Shown here one piece after another: positions 63,601-64,000 of a stretch of DNA of 64,000 nucleotides. Positions within the stretch are counted from its first letter, which is position 1. Each line of letters begins with the position of its first letter. The DNA is from a virus. The position numbers and the translations under genes were made by a program. The stretch is from positions 32,021 to 96,020 of IMG/VR virus record IMGVR_UViG_3300047471_000616. The stretch is one strand, 5' to 3'. The notes beneath the pieces are model-generated. The model was not told where the DNA came from, ran no database searches, and worked only from the letters and a program-made list of their open reading frames with translations.

Positions 63601-64000
63601 CAGCACCAGTGACTGCTGCTTGCGTCGTAGTAGCAAGAGCTGTCGTAGCGAAACTGGCACCACTGATCGAGACTGTGCCACTGACAGCAGCAGAAATCGT
63701 CTGCGTTGGACCCAGCCAAACTACCGCACCGGTAACCGCAGCCTGGGTAGTCGTAGCTACAGCAGTGGTGGCGAAACTGGCACCACTGATTGAGACTGTA
63801 CCACTAACAGCCGCACTAATTGTCTGCGTGGGTGCGATCCAGACTACCGCACCTGTAACAGCAGCCTGAGTGGTCGTGGCAACTGCTGTAGAAGCCCCAA
63901 TCACCACAGACAGTGTCTGGGTTGGAGCCAGCCAAACTACTGCACCGGTAACTGCCGCCTGGGTAGTCGTAGCTACTGCTGTAGTTGCGAAACTGGCTGT
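60674..64000 (-). CDS. giant Thr/Ser/Val/Ala repeat protein (5' end outside window), putative fibre
   Basis: Frame is open to base 64000 (1109 codons in window); two interleaved repeat modules; non-repetitive C-terminal domain of about 145 aa. Confidence 0.85.
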   Translation of the reverse strand, partial: TASFATTAVATTTQAAVTGAVVWLAPTQTLSVVIGASTAVATTTQAAVTGAVVWIAPTQTISAAVSGTVSISGASFATTAVATTTQAAVTGAVVWLGPTQTISAAVSGTVSISGASFATTALATTTQAAVTGAVVWLAPTQTVSAAISGTVSVSNTIVISGTVSVSGAASTTAVATTTQAAATGALVWLAPTQTLTAAVSGTVTVSSGVSVTIQQGASVSAVVSGTVTASGIVNTTTQTAGTGQLVWLAPTQTVSAAISGTVTVSSGVSVTIQQGASVSAVVSGTVTVSSGVSVTIQQGASVSAVVSGTVTVGTGTVSLSGPVMTTTQVNATGILVWLAPTQTLNVAVGASTAVATTTQAAVTGAVVWFAPTQTVSAAISGTVTVSSGVSVTIQQGASVSAVVSGTVTVSSGVSVTIQQGASVSAVVSGTITASGIVNTTTQAAVTGQLVWLAPTQTISAAVSGTVTVSSGVSVTIQQGASVSAVVSGTVTVSSGVSVTIQQGASVSAVVSGTVTVGTGTVSLSGPVMTTTQANATGVLVWLAPTQTLTVAIGASTAVATTTQAAVTGAVVWLAPTQTLSVNIGTTAVATTTQAAVTGAVVWFAPTQTVSAAISGTVTVSSGVSVTIQQGASVSAVVSGTVTVSSGVSVTIQQGASVSAVVSGTISVSGIGNTTTQVAATGQLVWLAPTQTITAAVSGTVTVSSGVSVTIQQGASVSAVVSGTVTVSSGVSVTIQQGASVSAVVSGTISVSGIGNTTTQAAVTGQLVWLAPTQTVSAAISGTVTVSSGVSVTIQQGASVSAVVSGTITMSGVVNTTTQAAVTGQIVWLAPTQTLSVALAASTAVATTTQAAVTGAVVWLAPTQTISLTATVTATVTTTITGTVTVTNTGSVGVSGSVGISGSVLVSGTISASGIVLTTTQAAVTGQLVWLAPTQTVTVAISSVVMTTGVPSVNATGLVVMVGTGDISVFDVARTQVVIVVTTTIPPAALTTLLFTVYTGVTQAAAATTAWVIPAGKTLRINSVQAVVGTSAVATFNTIAVLVSTAQPTNVAAAPIAANAFINVNAAVVSGGIIGLAQDIAAGITIAFGVSATTKSILNAASIVGYLFP

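Noticed and set aside
60674-64000. Regular DNA repeats suggesting a CRISPR array or VNTR
   Set aside because: Repeats are in-frame, vary at third codon positions and have no constant repeat/unique spacer layout; they are protein repeats.
1-64000. Stop-codon reassignment, diversity-generating retroelement, integrase/repressor
   Set aside because: Genes are intact in the standard code and all three stops are used; no reverse transcriptase, integrase or CI-like gene is in the window, so lifestyle cannot be determined here.

Overview
The whole window is part of a tailed dsDNA phage genome (Caudoviricetes). It is probably podovirus-like: there are adaptor, nozzle and ejection-protein genes, but no tape-measure or tail-tube gene is visible. 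The likely host is an alphaproteobacterium, inferred from a GcrA homologue and several Rhizobiales-type small proteins. Two long convergent arms meet at about 20.15 kb. The + arm (1-20174) is replication/recombination: DnaB helicase, SNF2 helicase, primase, DNA methyltransferase, beta-clamp, UDG-fused family A polymerase, clamp loader, UvsY, gp32-like SSB, RecA, resolvase and SbcD/SbcC. The - arm (64000-20128) is the late region, in transcription order: a giant uncharged Thr/Ser/Val/Ala repeat protein, tailspikes, a TPR-GT41 (OGT/SPINDLY-type) glycosyltransferase, terminase, portal, scaffold, major capsid, a three-gene glycosyltransferase cluster, adaptor, an ART-like protein, nozzle, ejection proteins, tail fibres, an expanded lysis cassette and GcrA. 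The strongest candidate for an undescribed system is a virion glycosylation set (four transferase-like genes) together with a mucin-like, charge-free repeat protein of more than 1100 aa. Other notable signals are a protein leader that copies the capsid N-terminus, recurring CCAA-loop hairpins after head genes, a terS/terL overlap containing a hairpin, an apparent ATT start for the polymerase, a HiPIP-like domain and several families of micro-paralogues. All functional calls come from reading motifs by eye; no database searches were run.
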